This document shows, piece after piece, positions 10,837 to 20,732 of a DNA stretch of 64,000 nt. Location of the stretch: positions 8,260 through 72,259 of the forward strand of contig CACJQX010000003.1 in assembly GCA_902595595.1 (NCBI GenBank), written 5' to 3'. A model generated the notes under the pieces. It did not search any database and was not told where the DNA came from. It was given only the letters and a program-made list of their open reading frames with translations. Every line of letters starts with the position of its first letter. Position 1 is the stretch's first letter. This DNA is from an uncultured Pelagibacteraceae bacterium (lineage in GTDB: Bacteria > Pseudomonadota > Alphaproteobacteria > Pelagibacterales > Pelagibacteraceae). The translations under genes were made by a program, and so were the position numbers.

Positions 10837-12657
10837 TTATTCAACAGTGACAGATTTAGCTAAATTTCTAGGCTTATCAATGTCATAACCTTTTTTAAGA
10901 GCAGAGTAATAAGCAAGTTTTTGAAGTGGAATAGTCAAAAGGAATGGAAGTAAGTCATCATTTGTATTCTCAACTTCAATAGTTTCCCAAATATTTTCTG
11001 ACACAACTTCATCTTTGCTTTTGCTAGTTATCAATAATACCTTTGCTCCTCTAGCGATAACTTCCTGCATATTAGAAATTGTTTTTTTGTAATAATTATC
11101 TCTCGGGGCCAAAACAACTACTGGCATGCCTTCTTCTATTAAGGCCAAAGGTCCATGTTTCATTTCCCCCGCCGGATATCCTTCAGCATGAACATATGAA
11201 AGTTCTTTTAGTTTTAATGCACCTTCTAAAGCTATTGGATATGAATACCCTCTTCCTAAAAACATTGAACCTTTAGCTTCATTAAATGTTGAAGATATTG
11301 CCTGGATATCATTATCATGAAGCAATGTTTTCTCTATTAAGCCAGGCAAAGCTTTTAAATCTTTAATCTTTTCTTGATATTCTTTTTTTTCAATTTCATT
11401 CCTCATTGATCCAAGTTTTAAAGCCAAAATATATAAAACAAGTATTTGTCCAAGGAATGCTTTTGTTGATGCCACTCCAATTTCAGGACCACAATGAATT
11501 GGTAATACAAAATTAGAATCTCTTGCTATTGAGCTTTCGATTACATTAACTACAGAACATGTTTTCATTCTATTTTTGTTACATATATCTAAAGCTGCAT
11601 AAGTATCTGCTGTTTCCCCAGATTGTGAAACAAAGATATATAAACTGTCTTTTTTAAATCTATTTTTTCTATATCTAAATTCTGACGCTATATCTATATT
11701 AACATCTAAATTTGTAAGTTCCTCGAACCAATATTTTGCCATTAAGCAAGAGTGATACGCTGTTCCACATCCTATTAATGTGATTGAATTAATCTCTTCT
11801 ATTTTCCAAGGAAAATTAAAAATATTTATGTCTTTATTTACATTATCTACATATTCTTTAATTCCAGTTTTAATTGTTGTTGGTTGTTCTTCAATTTCTT
11901 TTGCCATGAAATGTTTAAAGTCACCTTTATCGTAATTTGCTTCATTAGATGATAGTTCTAATATTTTTTTATTAACTTTTTTTCCTTCTTCATTGAAAAA
12001 AAGAACTTGATCTTTTTTAACAATGCAAAATTCACCATCATCAAGATAAGTAATTTTATTTGTCATAGATTTTAGAGCATAAGAATCTGATCCTAGATAG
12101 TTTTCATTTGGACCATAACCAACAGCTAAGGGTGACCCTCTTCTAGCACCAACTATTAAGTCTGGCATATCTTTAAAAACAATTCCAAGAGCAAAACTAC
12201 CATGAAGTTGTTTCAAAGTTTTTGTGATGGCTTCTTCTAATTCTGAAGTCTTTAAATGTTCTGTTATTAAATGAACAATTACTTCTGTATCTGTCTGTGA
12301 TTTAAAATTATGACCTTTGTTTATTAAATGTTTTTTTAATATTGTAGAGTTTTCAATAATTCCATTGTGAACTACAGATACGTTATGAGAAGAATGAGGA
12401 TGAGCATTTAAACTATTTGGAATTCCATGAGTTGCCCATCTTACATGACCTATACCAATAGTTCCTCTTAAGTTTTTTAAATCAAAATTATTTTCTAAGT
12501 TATCAACTCTTCCCTCTGATTTTACTTCATTGATTTCACCATCTGAAAGTGTAGCTATTCCTGCTGAGTCATATCCTCTATACTCTAATTTTTTTAATGA
12601 ATTAATTATATTTGCAGAAACAGGTTTGTTACTTGATATTCCAATAATTCCACACAT
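10837..12657 (-). CDS. glmS: Glutamine--fructose-6-phosphate aminotransferase
   Basis: N-terminal MCGI, EYRGYDSAG, SQSGETAD and C-terminal PRNLAKSVTVE. Confidence 0.98.
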   Translation of the reverse strand: MCGIIGISSNKPVSANIINSLKKLEYRGYDSAGIATLSDGEINEVKSEGRVDNLENNFDLKNLRGTIGIGHVRWATHGIPNSLNAHPHSSHNVSVVHNGIIENSTILKKHLINKGHNFKSQTDTEVIVHLITEHLKTSELEEAITKTLKQLHGSFALGIVFKDMPDLIVGARRGSPLAVGYGPNENYLGSDSYALKSMTNKITYLDDGEFCIVKKDQVLFFNEEGKKVNKKILELSSNEANYDKGDFKHFMAKEIEEQPTTIKTGIKEYVDNVNKDINIFNFPWKIEEINSITLIGCGTAYHSCLMAKYWFEELTNLDVNIDIASEFRYRKNRFKKDSLYIFVSQSGETADTYAALDICNKNRMKTCSVVNVIESSIARDSNFVLPIHCGPEIGVASTKAFLGQILVLYILALKLGSMRNEIEKKEYQEKIKDLKALPGLIEKTLLHDNDIQAISSTFNEAKGSMFLGRGYSYPIALEGALKLKELSYVHAEGYPAGEMKHGPLALIEEGMPVVVLAPRDNYYKKTISNMQEVIARGAKVLLITSKSKDEVVSENIWETIEVENTNDDLLPFLLTIPLQKLAYYSALKKGYDIDKPRNLAKSVTVE

Positions 12658-12660
12658 AAA

Positions 12661-13272
12661 TTATTTTTTCTTTCTTTTGTAATTTTTAACTTCTAATTGT
12701 GGCGATCTTGTTAGTGCTAAAGATTTTTTTTTAACGTTCTTTGTAATTACTGATCCAGCTCCAACAATACTATCTTCATTTATAGTAATTGGAGCAACTA
12801 AAGAAGAGTTTGAGCCTATAAATACTTTGTCTTTAATATTTGTCTTATTTTTATTTACTCCATCATAATTACAAGTAATTGTGCCTGCTCCAATATTTAC
12901 TGATTTTCCAATTTGAGCATCTCCTACATAAGACAAATGGTTAACTTTAGATTTATTTCCTAAAGTACTTTTTTTAATCTCCACAAAATTACCTACTTTG
13001 GATCCTTCTTTTAAAATTGTATTAGGTCTTATTCTGGCATATGGACCAATCTCAACTTTATTTTCAATTTTACAAGATTCTAAATGTGAAAAAGATTTTA
13101 TAATTACATTATTCCCAATTTTGACCTTAGAGCCGATAACGACATAAGGTTCTATAGTTACGTTACTTCCAATTTTTGTATCTTTTGAAAAAAAAATAGT
13201 TTCAGGACCTATCATCTTTACACCTGACTTAATAAATTTTTCTCTAAGTTTTTTTTGATTTAAAACTTCCAT
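12661..13272 (-). CDS. glmU: GlmU acetyltransferase (left-handed beta-helix) domain only
   Basis: [24 protein letters not shown] and [13 protein letters not shown] motifs; only 203 aa, no uridyltransferase domain; directly upstream of glmS. Confidence 0.88.
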   Translation of the reverse strand: MEVLNQKKLREKFIKSGVKMIGPETIFFSKDTKIGSNVTIEPYVVIGSKVKIGNNVIIKSFSHLESCKIENKVEIGPYARIRPNTILKEGSKVGNFVEIKKSTLGNKSKVNHLSYVGDAQIGKSVNIGAGTITCNYDGVNKNKTNIKDKVFIGSNSSLVAPITINEDSIVGAGSVITKNVKKKSLALTRSPQLEVKNYKRKKK

Positions 13273-13341
13273 TTAGAATTGATTTACATTAAGTATATAT
13301 ATTGATTAATTCACAATTTATTTCTTTAAAATACTTTTAAA

Positions 13342-14025
13342 ATGAAACAAAAATTTACAGTTTTATTTGATTTAGATGGAACATTAGTTGATACAGCCCC
13401 AGACTTAATGAGAGCTCATAATCATGTTATGAAGAAATTTGGCTACCCAACCAAATCAACTGAAGAAATTAGAAATCTTGTAGGTAAAGGTGCTGGTGCA
13501 ATGATTGGTAGATCTATATGGGGTCAAGCAAAAAAAGAATTTGGTAAAGTTAATGATGAAAAAGTAAAAAAAGAAATGGTTACTGAGTTTGTTGATTTTT
13601 ATGGAAAGAATATAATAAACGAAAGCACACTTATTAAAGGTGTAAAAGAATTTTTAAATTGGTGCAAAGATCAAAATATATCGATGGCCGTTTGTACAAA
13701 TAAGCAAGAACATTTATCAAATGATCTTTTAAAAAAAATTGGCATCTATGATTATTTTGAATATGTGGCTGGATCAGATACTTTTGATTATTGCAAACCA
13801 GACCCAAGGCACCTTACCTCTGTAGTTGAAATATTAGATGGAGAAATAAAAAAATCTATAATGATAGGCGATAGCGAAACTGATGCTAATGCTGCAAAGG
13901 CAGCTAAAATACCAATTATTTTATTAGAAGATGGATATACTGAGAAAAATAAAGACGAAATTTATCATAATCACTTAATAAAAGACTTTGTAGGTATTGA
14001 GAAAATAATATCTGAATATCTTTAA
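13342..14025 (+). CDS. gph: HAD phosphatase, phosphoglycolate phosphatase-like
   Basis: FDLDGTLVDT, CTNK, KPDP and IGDSETD motifs. Confidence 0.82.
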   Translation: MKQKFTVLFDLDGTLVDTAPDLMRAHNHVMKKFGYPTKSTEEIRNLVGKGAGAMIGRSIWGQAKKEFGKVNDEKVKKEMVTEFVDFYGKNIINESTLIKGVKEFLNWCKDQNISMAVCTNKQEHLSNDLLKKIGIYDYFEYVAGSDTFDYCKPDPRHLTSVVEILDGEIKKSIMIGDSETDANAAKAAKIPIILLEDGYTEKNKDEIYHNHLIKDFVGIEKIISEYL

Positions 14026-14078
14026 TATTGATTAATTTATTTTAACTATTAAAACAAATTCACAAATTAGGAGTTATT

Positions 14079-15581
14079 TTGTTATTACATACAGTTAAAG
14101 TATATCCTTCAAAAAATCATCTTCCAAAGAAGAAACAACTTGCATGGAAAATTGCTGAGATAGCAAGCGATAATGCAAAATTAAATAAAGATGCTATCGA
14201 AATGGCTATCAATAGAATTATTGATAACGCATCTGTTGCAATTGCTTCATTAAATAGAAAACCAGTAATCTCATCTAGAGAAATGGCTTTAAAACATTCT
14301 AGAAAAAATGGGGCGACCTTATTTGGAGTAAATTCAAAATTAAAATTTGATTGTGAGTGGGCAGCATGGTCTAACGGAACTGCTGTAAGAGAATTAGATT
14401 TTCATGATACTTTTTTAGCTGCTGATTATAGTCATCCAGGTGATAATATCCCTCCACTTATAAGTGTTGCACAACAAAATAAAAAAAGTGGATTGGATTT
14501 ATTAAGAGGAATAATTACTGCATATGAAGTTCAGGTAAATTTAGTTAAGGGTATTTGTTTGCATAAGCATAAGGTAGATCACATAGCTCATTTAGGTCCT
14601 AGTGTAGCTGCTGGATTGGGAACTTTGTTAAAATTAAATTCTGAAACTATATATCAAGCTGTTCAACAGGCATTACATACAACAATATCTACAAGACAAT
14701 CAAGAAAAGGAGAGATTTCAAGTTGGAAAGCTTATGCTCCTGCTCATGCAGGTAAACTTGCTATAGAGGCAGTAGATAGAGCTATGAGAGGTGAAGGTGC
14801 TCCAAGTCCAATATACGAAGGTGAGGATAGCGTAATTGCAAGAATATTAGATGGTAAAAAAGCTAAATACAAAGTCCCATTACCAAAAAAAGGTGAAAGT
14901 AAAAAAGCCATTTTAGAGACATATACAAAAGAATATTCTGCAGAATATCAATCGCAAGCATTAATAGATCTAGCTAAAAAGCTTAAAACAAAAATTAACA
15001 ATTTAAATTATATTAAAAAAATTGATATTTTTACAAGTCATCACACTCATTATGTGATTGGAACAGGTGCTAATGATCCACAAAAAATGGATCCCAAGGC
15101 TAGTAGAGAAACATTAGATCACTCTATAATGTATATATTTGCTGTAGCCTTAGAAGACGGAGATTGGCATCATGTTAAATCTTATACTAAAGCAAGAGCA
15201 AATAGAAAAAGTACAATTAAAATATGGAGATCAATTAAAACATATGAAGATAAAAAATGGACAAAGAAATATCATGATCCAAATCCAAAAAATAAAGCTT
15301 TTGGAGCTAAAGTAGTTGTAACACTTAACAATGGAAAAAAAATAACAGAGGAACTTGATAGAGCAGACGCACATCCATATGGAGCAAGACCGTTTAAGAG
15401 AGAAAATTATATAAATAAATTTTTAACCTTAACTAAGGGTATTTTGGATAAAAAAGAAAGCAACCGTTTTTTAAAAACAGTACAAAATTTAAGAAATTTA
15501 AAATCTGGTCAACTTCATAAATTAAATATTGAAGTAAGAAAAAGCAAATTAAAACAAAATAATAAAAAAGGAATCTTTTAA
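14079..15581 (+). CDS. prpD: 2-methylcitrate dehydratase (MmgE/PrpD)
   Basis: [20 protein letters not shown] and [10 protein letters not shown] motifs; AGGAG before the TTG start; operon with prpB and prpC. Confidence 0.93.
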   Translation: MLLHTVKVYPSKNHLPKKKQLAWKIAEIASDNAKLNKDAIEMAINRIIDNASVAIASLNRKPVISSREMALKHSRKNGATLFGVNSKLKFDCEWAAWSNGTAVRELDFHDTFLAADYSHPGDNIPPLISVAQQNKKSGLDLLRGIITAYEVQVNLVKGICLHKHKVDHIAHLGPSVAAGLGTLLKLNSETIYQAVQQALHTTISTRQSRKGEISSWKAYAPAHAGKLAIEAVDRAMRGEGAPSPIYEGEDSVIARILDGKKAKYKVPLPKKGESKKAILETYTKEYSAEYQSQALIDLAKKLKTKINNLNYIKKIDIFTSHHTHYVIGTGANDPQKMDPKASRETLDHSIMYIFAVALEDGDWHHVKSYTKARANRKSTIKIWRSIKTYEDKKWTKKYHDPNPKNKAFGAKVVVTLNNGKKITEELDRADAHPYGARPFKRENYINKFLTLTKGILDKKESNRFLKTVQNLRNLKSGQLHKLNIEVRKSKLKQNNKKGIF

Positions 15582-16477
15582 TGCACTTTGTAGAAAAAGA
15601 ACCAAGTCAAAAAAGATTAGATTTTGATCAAAAATTAAAATCAAATAAAATATTAAGAGTTCCGGGCGCATATAATCCTCTAACAGCAAAATTAATAGAA
15701 GAAATTGGTTATGATGCGGTTTATGTATCCGGTGGAGTAATGGCTAATGATCTTGGTTTTCCAGATATTGGTTTAACAACGCTACAAGATGTTAGTACAA
15801 GATCTTATCTGATTTCGAGAGTAACTAATCTTCCAACAATAGTTGATATAGATACAGGATTTAAATCATGTAAAGAAACAATAGAAACATTTGAGGAATT
15901 TGGAATAACAGGAGTTCATTTAGAAGATCAAATTGAGAGAAAAAGATGTGGGCATCTTGATAATAAAGAACTTATCTCAACTGATGATATGGTTAAAAAA
16001 ATTAAAGAATGTGTTGCAGCAAAAAAAGATCAAAATTTTAAAATTATCGCTCGTTCAGACGCTAAAAGTGTTGAAGGTATCGATAAAATGATTGAAAGAT
16101 GCAAAGCCTACATTGATGCTGGAGCTGAAATTATATTCCCAGAAGCACTTCAGGATAAAAAAGATTTTGAAAAAGTTCGAAAAGAATTGTCTGGTTACTT
16201 GTTAGCTAATATGACTGAATTTGGTAAATCTAAATTATTCAACTACAAAGAATTAGAAAATTTTGGATATAATATTGTGATTTATCCAGTAACTACACAA
16301 AGATTGGCTATGAAAAATGTGGAAGATGGATTAAGAGACATTTATGCAAATGGACACCAGAACAATATTATAGATAAAATGCAAACTAGAAAAAGACTTT
16401 ATGAATTAGTTGATTATGAAAAATACAATTCATTAGATGAAAAAATTTATAATTTTAGTACGGAAGGACATGAATAA
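15581..16477 (+). CDS. prpB: 2-methylisocitrate lyase
   Basis: VDIDTGF, LEDQ..KRCGH and LANMTEFGKS motifs. Confidence 0.94.
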   Translation: MHFVEKEPSQKRLDFDQKLKSNKILRVPGAYNPLTAKLIEEIGYDAVYVSGGVMANDLGFPDIGLTTLQDVSTRSYLISRVTNLPTIVDIDTGFKSCKETIETFEEFGITGVHLEDQIERKRCGHLDNKELISTDDMVKKIKECVAAKKDQNFKIIARSDAKSVEGIDKMIERCKAYIDAGAEIIFPEALQDKKDFEKVRKELSGYLLANMTEFGKSKLFNYKELENFGYNIVIYPVTTQRLAMKNVEDGLRDIYANGHQNNIIDKMQTRKRLYELVDYEKYNSLDEKIYNFSTEGHE

Positions 16478-17601
16478 TGAGTGATGATATCAAAAAAGGT
16501 TTACTAGGTATTGTGGTAGATGAAACTGAAGTTTCAAAAGTTATGCCTGAAATTAATTCTCTTACTTATAGAGGGTATGCTGCTCAAGATTTATGTGAAT
16601 ATTGTAGGTTTGAAGAAGTTGCATATTTAATATTGAATAAAGACCTTCCTAACTCAATTGAACTTAAAAATTTTGAAAAAGAAGAGAGAAACAATAGAGA
16701 GCTTACAAAAAATTTATATGAAATAATAAAACATATGCCAAAAAGATCCCATCCTATGGATGTAGCCCGAACTGCCGTAAGTGTGATGGGATTAGAGGAT
16801 AAAGAAACTACGGATTCATCTCCCGAGGCTAATATGAGAAAAGCATTAAGAATTTTTGCTAAAACTCCTACTGCATTAGCTGCATTTTATAGAATTAGAA
16901 AAGGAAAAAAAATCATCAAACCTAAAAAAAATCTAACATTTGCTGAAAACTTTTTCTATATGTGTTTTGGCAAAGTTCCTCAAAAAGAAATTGTTAAAGC
17001 GTTTGATGTTTCTTTAATTTTATATGCTGAACACAGCTTTAACGTATCAACTTTTACAGCTAGAACAATTACAAGTAGCTTATCAGATATACATGGCGCA
17101 ATAACTGGTGCAATTGCAAGTTTAAAAGGTCCTCTTCATGGTGGAGCAAATGAAGAAGTGATGCATATGATGAATAAAATTAAAAAACCAGAAAATGCAC
17201 TCAAATGGATAAATAATGCACTTAAAAACAAAGAAGTTGTGATGGGTTTTGGACACAGAGTTTATAAATCAGGTGATTCCAGAGTTCCAACTATGAGAAA
17301 GTATTTTGGTAAAGTAGCAAAATTAAAGAAAGATAAAAAATTTGAAAAAATCTATGACATTGTTGAAAAAGTAATGATTAGGAAAAAAAATATTTATCCA
17401 AATGTAGATTACCCAACAGGACCTACTTACCACTTAATGGGTTTTGAAACTGATTTTTTTACCCCAATATTTGTTATTTCAAGAATAACAGGTTGGTCTG
17501 CTCACATAATGGAACAACATGCTGCTAACAAACTTATTAGACCTTTAGCTAGCTACAAAGGTAGTAAGCACAGAAAAGTGATGCAGTTAAACCAAAGATA
17601 A
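16477..17601 (+). CDS. prpC: 2-methylcitrate synthase
   Basis: YAEHSFNVSTF, LKGPLHGGANE, MGFGHRVY and PNVDY motifs; prp context. Confidence 0.92.
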   Translation: MSDDIKKGLLGIVVDETEVSKVMPEINSLTYRGYAAQDLCEYCRFEEVAYLILNKDLPNSIELKNFEKEERNNRELTKNLYEIIKHMPKRSHPMDVARTAVSVMGLEDKETTDSSPEANMRKALRIFAKTPTALAAFYRIRKGKKIIKPKKNLTFAENFFYMCFGKVPQKEIVKAFDVSLILYAEHSFNVSTFTARTITSSLSDIHGAITGAIASLKGPLHGGANEEVMHMMNKIKKPENALKWINNALKNKEVVMGFGHRVYKSGDSRVPTMRKYFGKVAKLKKDKKFEKIYDIVEKVMIRKKNIYPNVDYPTGPTYHLMGFETDFFTPIFVISRITGWSAHIMEQHAANKLIRPLASYKGSKHRKVMQLNQR

Positions 17602-17609
17602 TTTTACTG

Positions 17610-18623
17610 TTAACTAAAAGCTTCTGCCCACGTACCTTGCGTTGATGCTTTAGAATACTCTGTTGCACGACCTTCAAAGAAATTCATATGCTCAACCGCG
17701 TTAAGCATAGTATCAAGCCAAGTTAAAGGATTTTTTTCAATATCATAAATTCCTTCTAAACCTAACTGACTTAATCTTCTGTTTGCAATGAAACGAATAT
17801 ATTTTTTAACATCCTCAGCCGTTAATCCTTCCATAGGACCCATTTGAAATGCTAAATCTATGAAAGCATCTTCATGTTCTACTATAGTTCTACAAGCCTC
17901 ATAAATTTCTTTTTTTAATTTTGGGTTCCATGTTTCAGGGTTTTCCTTAATAAAATCTTTAAACAATCTAATCATTGAGTTGCAATGCAACGTTTCATCT
18001 CTTACAGACCAAGTAACTATCTGACCCATTCCTTTCATTTTGTTGTGTCTTGGAAAATTTAACAAAATTGCAAAACTTGCAAATAATTGTAGACCTTCCG
18101 TAAATGCACTAAACACAGCTATGGTTTTTGCAATGTCGTGATTAGATTTAACATCAAATCCTTGCATGTAATCATATTTATCTTTCATTTCCTTATATTT
18201 CATGAAAGCTGAATATTCAGACTCTGGCATTCCAATTGTATCTAATAAATGTGAGTAAGCTGCAATGTGTACTGTTTCCATAGAAGCAAAAGATGACATC
18301 ATCATTAAAACTTCTGTTGGTTTAAACACATTCATGTAATGTCTGATGTAACAATTACTTACTTCAACATCAGCTTGAGTGAAAAATCTAAAAATCTGAG
18401 TTAATAAATTTTTTTCAGATGGGCTGAGATTTTTTTGCCAATCTCGTACATCATCACCTAATGGAACTTCTTCAGGTAACCAGTGAATTCTTTGTTGTGT
18501 TAACCAAGCATCGTAGCACCAAGGATATCTAAATGGTTTATAAACCGGGTTGGCTACTAACAAACCATTATTATTTTTTTTTGGTTGAATTGCTTCTTTA
18601 TTTATATTTTCTGCTACTGACAT
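17610..18623 (-). CDS. nrdB: Class Ia ribonucleotide reductase beta subunit
   Basis: FFTQAD, METVH..AY, EGLQLFASF, RDETLH and NFFE motifs; start moved to the ATG at 18623 because GAGGAG lies 8 nt upstream. Confidence 0.95.
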   Translation of the reverse strand: MSVAENINKEAIQPKKNNNGLLVANPVYKPFRYPWCYDAWLTQQRIHWLPEEVPLGDDVRDWQKNLSPSEKNLLTQIFRFFTQADVEVSNCYIRHYMNVFKPTEVLMMMSSFASMETVHIAAYSHLLDTIGMPESEYSAFMKYKEMKDKYDYMQGFDVKSNHDIAKTIAVFSAFTEGLQLFASFAILLNFPRHNKMKGMGQIVTWSVRDETLHCNSMIRLFKDFIKENPETWNPKLKKEIYEACRTIVEHEDAFIDLAFQMGPMEGLTAEDVKKYIRFIANRRLSQLGLEGIYDIEKNPLTWLDTMLNAVEHMNFFEGRATEYSKASTQGTWAEAFS

Positions 18624-20551
18624 GATAAACACTCCTCGTACTCTTGTTCTTGACTTTCGTTTGATTTATTTTTGTAAACATTTGCTAAGATATCAGTTGA
18701 TTTTGAATCATTAACATTCTCAGCCCTTTGAATTGATTTTGACCTACAGTAATAAAGGCTCTTTAAGCCTTTTTTCCAAGCATCAAAATGAATTTTATGC
18801 AATTCTTTCTTATGAACATCTGCTGGTAAAAATAGATTTACTGACTGTGCCTGTGAAATAAAGGGTGTTCTGTCACCACTTAATTCAATTATCCAATTTT
18901 GATTCAGCTCAAATGCGGTTTTAAATACATCTTTTTCTAAATCATTTAAGAAATCAAGATGATTAACAGATCCTTGATTTGTAGTAATACTAGACCATGT
19001 CTCTTCATCATTTTTTCCATGAGATTGAAGGATTTCTTCTAAATATCTATTTCTTACATTGAAAGATCCTGAAAGAGTTTTGTGTGTGTAACTGTTTGCA
19101 GCAATTGGCTCTACTCCTGGTGATGCTCCTCCACAAATAATTGAGATTGAAGCAGTTGGAGCGATTGCTGTTTTATTAGAAAATCTTTCTTTGTAACCAT
19201 ACTCCGCTGCATCTGGACATGCACCTCTCTCTTCAGCCAAATCTTTAGAAGCTTGATTAACTTTTTCATGAATATTTTTAAATATTTTTTTATTCCATGA
19301 CTTTGCCATTACTGATTCAAGTGGAATTCTATTTTTTTGTAAAAAAGAATGAAAGCCCATTACACCTAATCCAACACTTCTTTCTCTTTCCGCAGAATAT
19401 TTTGCATCTTTAAATTGATCTGGTGCTTTATTAATAAAATCAGATAAAACATTATCTAAAAATCTCATAACATCACCAATCATGTCTGGATCGTCTTTCC
19501 ACTCATCATATTTTTCTAAATTTAGCGAAGACAAACAACATACTGCTGTTCTATCTCTTCCATCTTTATCAATTCCTGTTGGTAGAGTTATTTCACTACA
19601 TAAATTAGAAGTTTTAACCGTTAGGTTTGCTAACTTGTGATGTTGGGGAATTTGTCTGTTAACCGTATCAATGTAAATTATATATGGCTCACCTGTTTCA
19701 ATTCTTGCAGTTAATAATCTTATCCATAAATTTCTTGCTGAAATAGTCTGTTGAACACTACCATCTGCTGGACTCTTCAATGCCCACTGCTCATCAGTTT
19801 CTACAGCTCTCATAAACGCATCAGAAACTAAAACACCATGATGTAAATTTAATGCTTTTCTATTTGGATCACCACCAGTAGGTCTTCTCATTTCAATAAA
19901 CTCTTCTATCTCAGGATGATCAATTGGAAGATAACATGCTGCAGAACCTCTTCTTAATGATCCTTGACTGATAGCCATAGTTAAAGAGTCCATAACTTTT
20001 ATAAAAGGAATTATTCCAGAAGTTTTTCCAACTCTTCCTATTTTTTCACCAATAGATCTTAAGTTACCCCAGTAACTTCCAATTCCTCCACCCTTCGCTG
20101 CCAACCAAACATTCTCACTCCATAAATCAAGAATGCCTCCTAAGCTATCAGATGCTTCATTTAAAAAACATGAAATAGGCAATCCTCTTTTTGTACCACC
20201 ATTTGATAAAACTGGTGTCGCTGGCATAAACCAAAGATTACTTATATAATTATAAATTCTTTGAGCATGTAAATTATCATCTGCATATGTGCTTGCTACT
20301 CTTGCAAATAAATCTTGATAAGATTCGTTCAAACCTAAGTATCTGTCTTTTAAAGTTGCTTTACCAAAGTCTGTAAGATTTGAATCTTTTGAACGATCAA
20401 TTTTAATTATGATGCCTTTGTCATTTTGAAATAATTCTGTTTCATTATTTAATGAGAAAAGATCAGGTTTATTTATCTTAGAAACTTCCTTAACTTCTGG
20501 GCTATATTCAGAGACAGCTTTTTTGAGGGCTTGAGAAAGAATCTTATTCAT
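18614..20551 (-). CDS. nrdA: Class Ia ribonucleotide reductase alpha subunit (no obvious ATP cone)
   Basis: PATPVL, ISCFL, SNLCSEI, APTAS and KSLYY motifs; C-terminal CLSC pair. Confidence 0.96.
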   Translation of the reverse strand: MNKILSQALKKAVSEYSPEVKEVSKINKPDLFSLNNETELFQNDKGIIIKIDRSKDSNLTDFGKATLKDRYLGLNESYQDLFARVASTYADDNLHAQRIYNYISNLWFMPATPVLSNGGTKRGLPISCFLNEASDSLGGILDLWSENVWLAAKGGGIGSYWGNLRSIGEKIGRVGKTSGIIPFIKVMDSLTMAISQGSLRRGSAACYLPIDHPEIEEFIEMRRPTGGDPNRKALNLHHGVLVSDAFMRAVETDEQWALKSPADGSVQQTISARNLWIRLLTARIETGEPYIIYIDTVNRQIPQHHKLANLTVKTSNLCSEITLPTGIDKDGRDRTAVCCLSSLNLEKYDEWKDDPDMIGDVMRFLDNVLSDFINKAPDQFKDAKYSAERERSVGLGVMGFHSFLQKNRIPLESVMAKSWNKKIFKNIHEKVNQASKDLAEERGACPDAAEYGYKERFSNKTAIAPTASISIICGGASPGVEPIAANSYTHKTLSGSFNVRNRYLEEILQSHGKNDEETWSSITTNQGSVNHLDFLNDLEKDVFKTAFELNQNWIIELSGDRTPFISQAQSVNLFLPADVHKKELHKIHFDAWKKGLKSLYYCRSKSIQRAENVNDSKSTDILANVYKNKSNESQEQEYEECLSCQ

Positions 20552-20585
20552 AAATTTTAATTATATTTTTTTATTAGTACGAAAA

Positions 20586-20601
20586 CAACTATATGTTGTA
20601 G
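20586..20601. promoter_or_regulatory. NrdR box upstream of nrdA
   Basis: caaCTATATGTTGtag matches the acaCwAtATaTwGtgt consensus; a degenerate copy (ataCTATATAaac) starts 31 bp away at 20617. Confidence 0.75.
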
Positions 20602-20641
20602 GCGTTTATCGTAAATATACTATATAAACTTTAGTACAATA

Positions 20642-20656
20642 GAACATTTATAGAAC
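20642..20656 (-). promoter_or_regulatory. Alphaproteobacterial LexA (SOS) box
   Basis: GAAC-atttata-GAAC on + (GTTC-N7-GTTC on the nrdA strand) in the nrdA/phosphomutase divergent region. Confidence 0.62.
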
Positions 20657-20732
20657 GCGACAATATGATAATCAATAAAAAAATAAAAAATTTTTCAAGA
20701 AATTAACATAATAAACAGTAAGTAAATAAACA

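Noticed and set aside
14022-14045. Repeated TTAA as a CtrA box upstream of prpD
   Set aside because: Spacing is N6 rather than N7 and TTAA is very frequent in this AT-rich DNA
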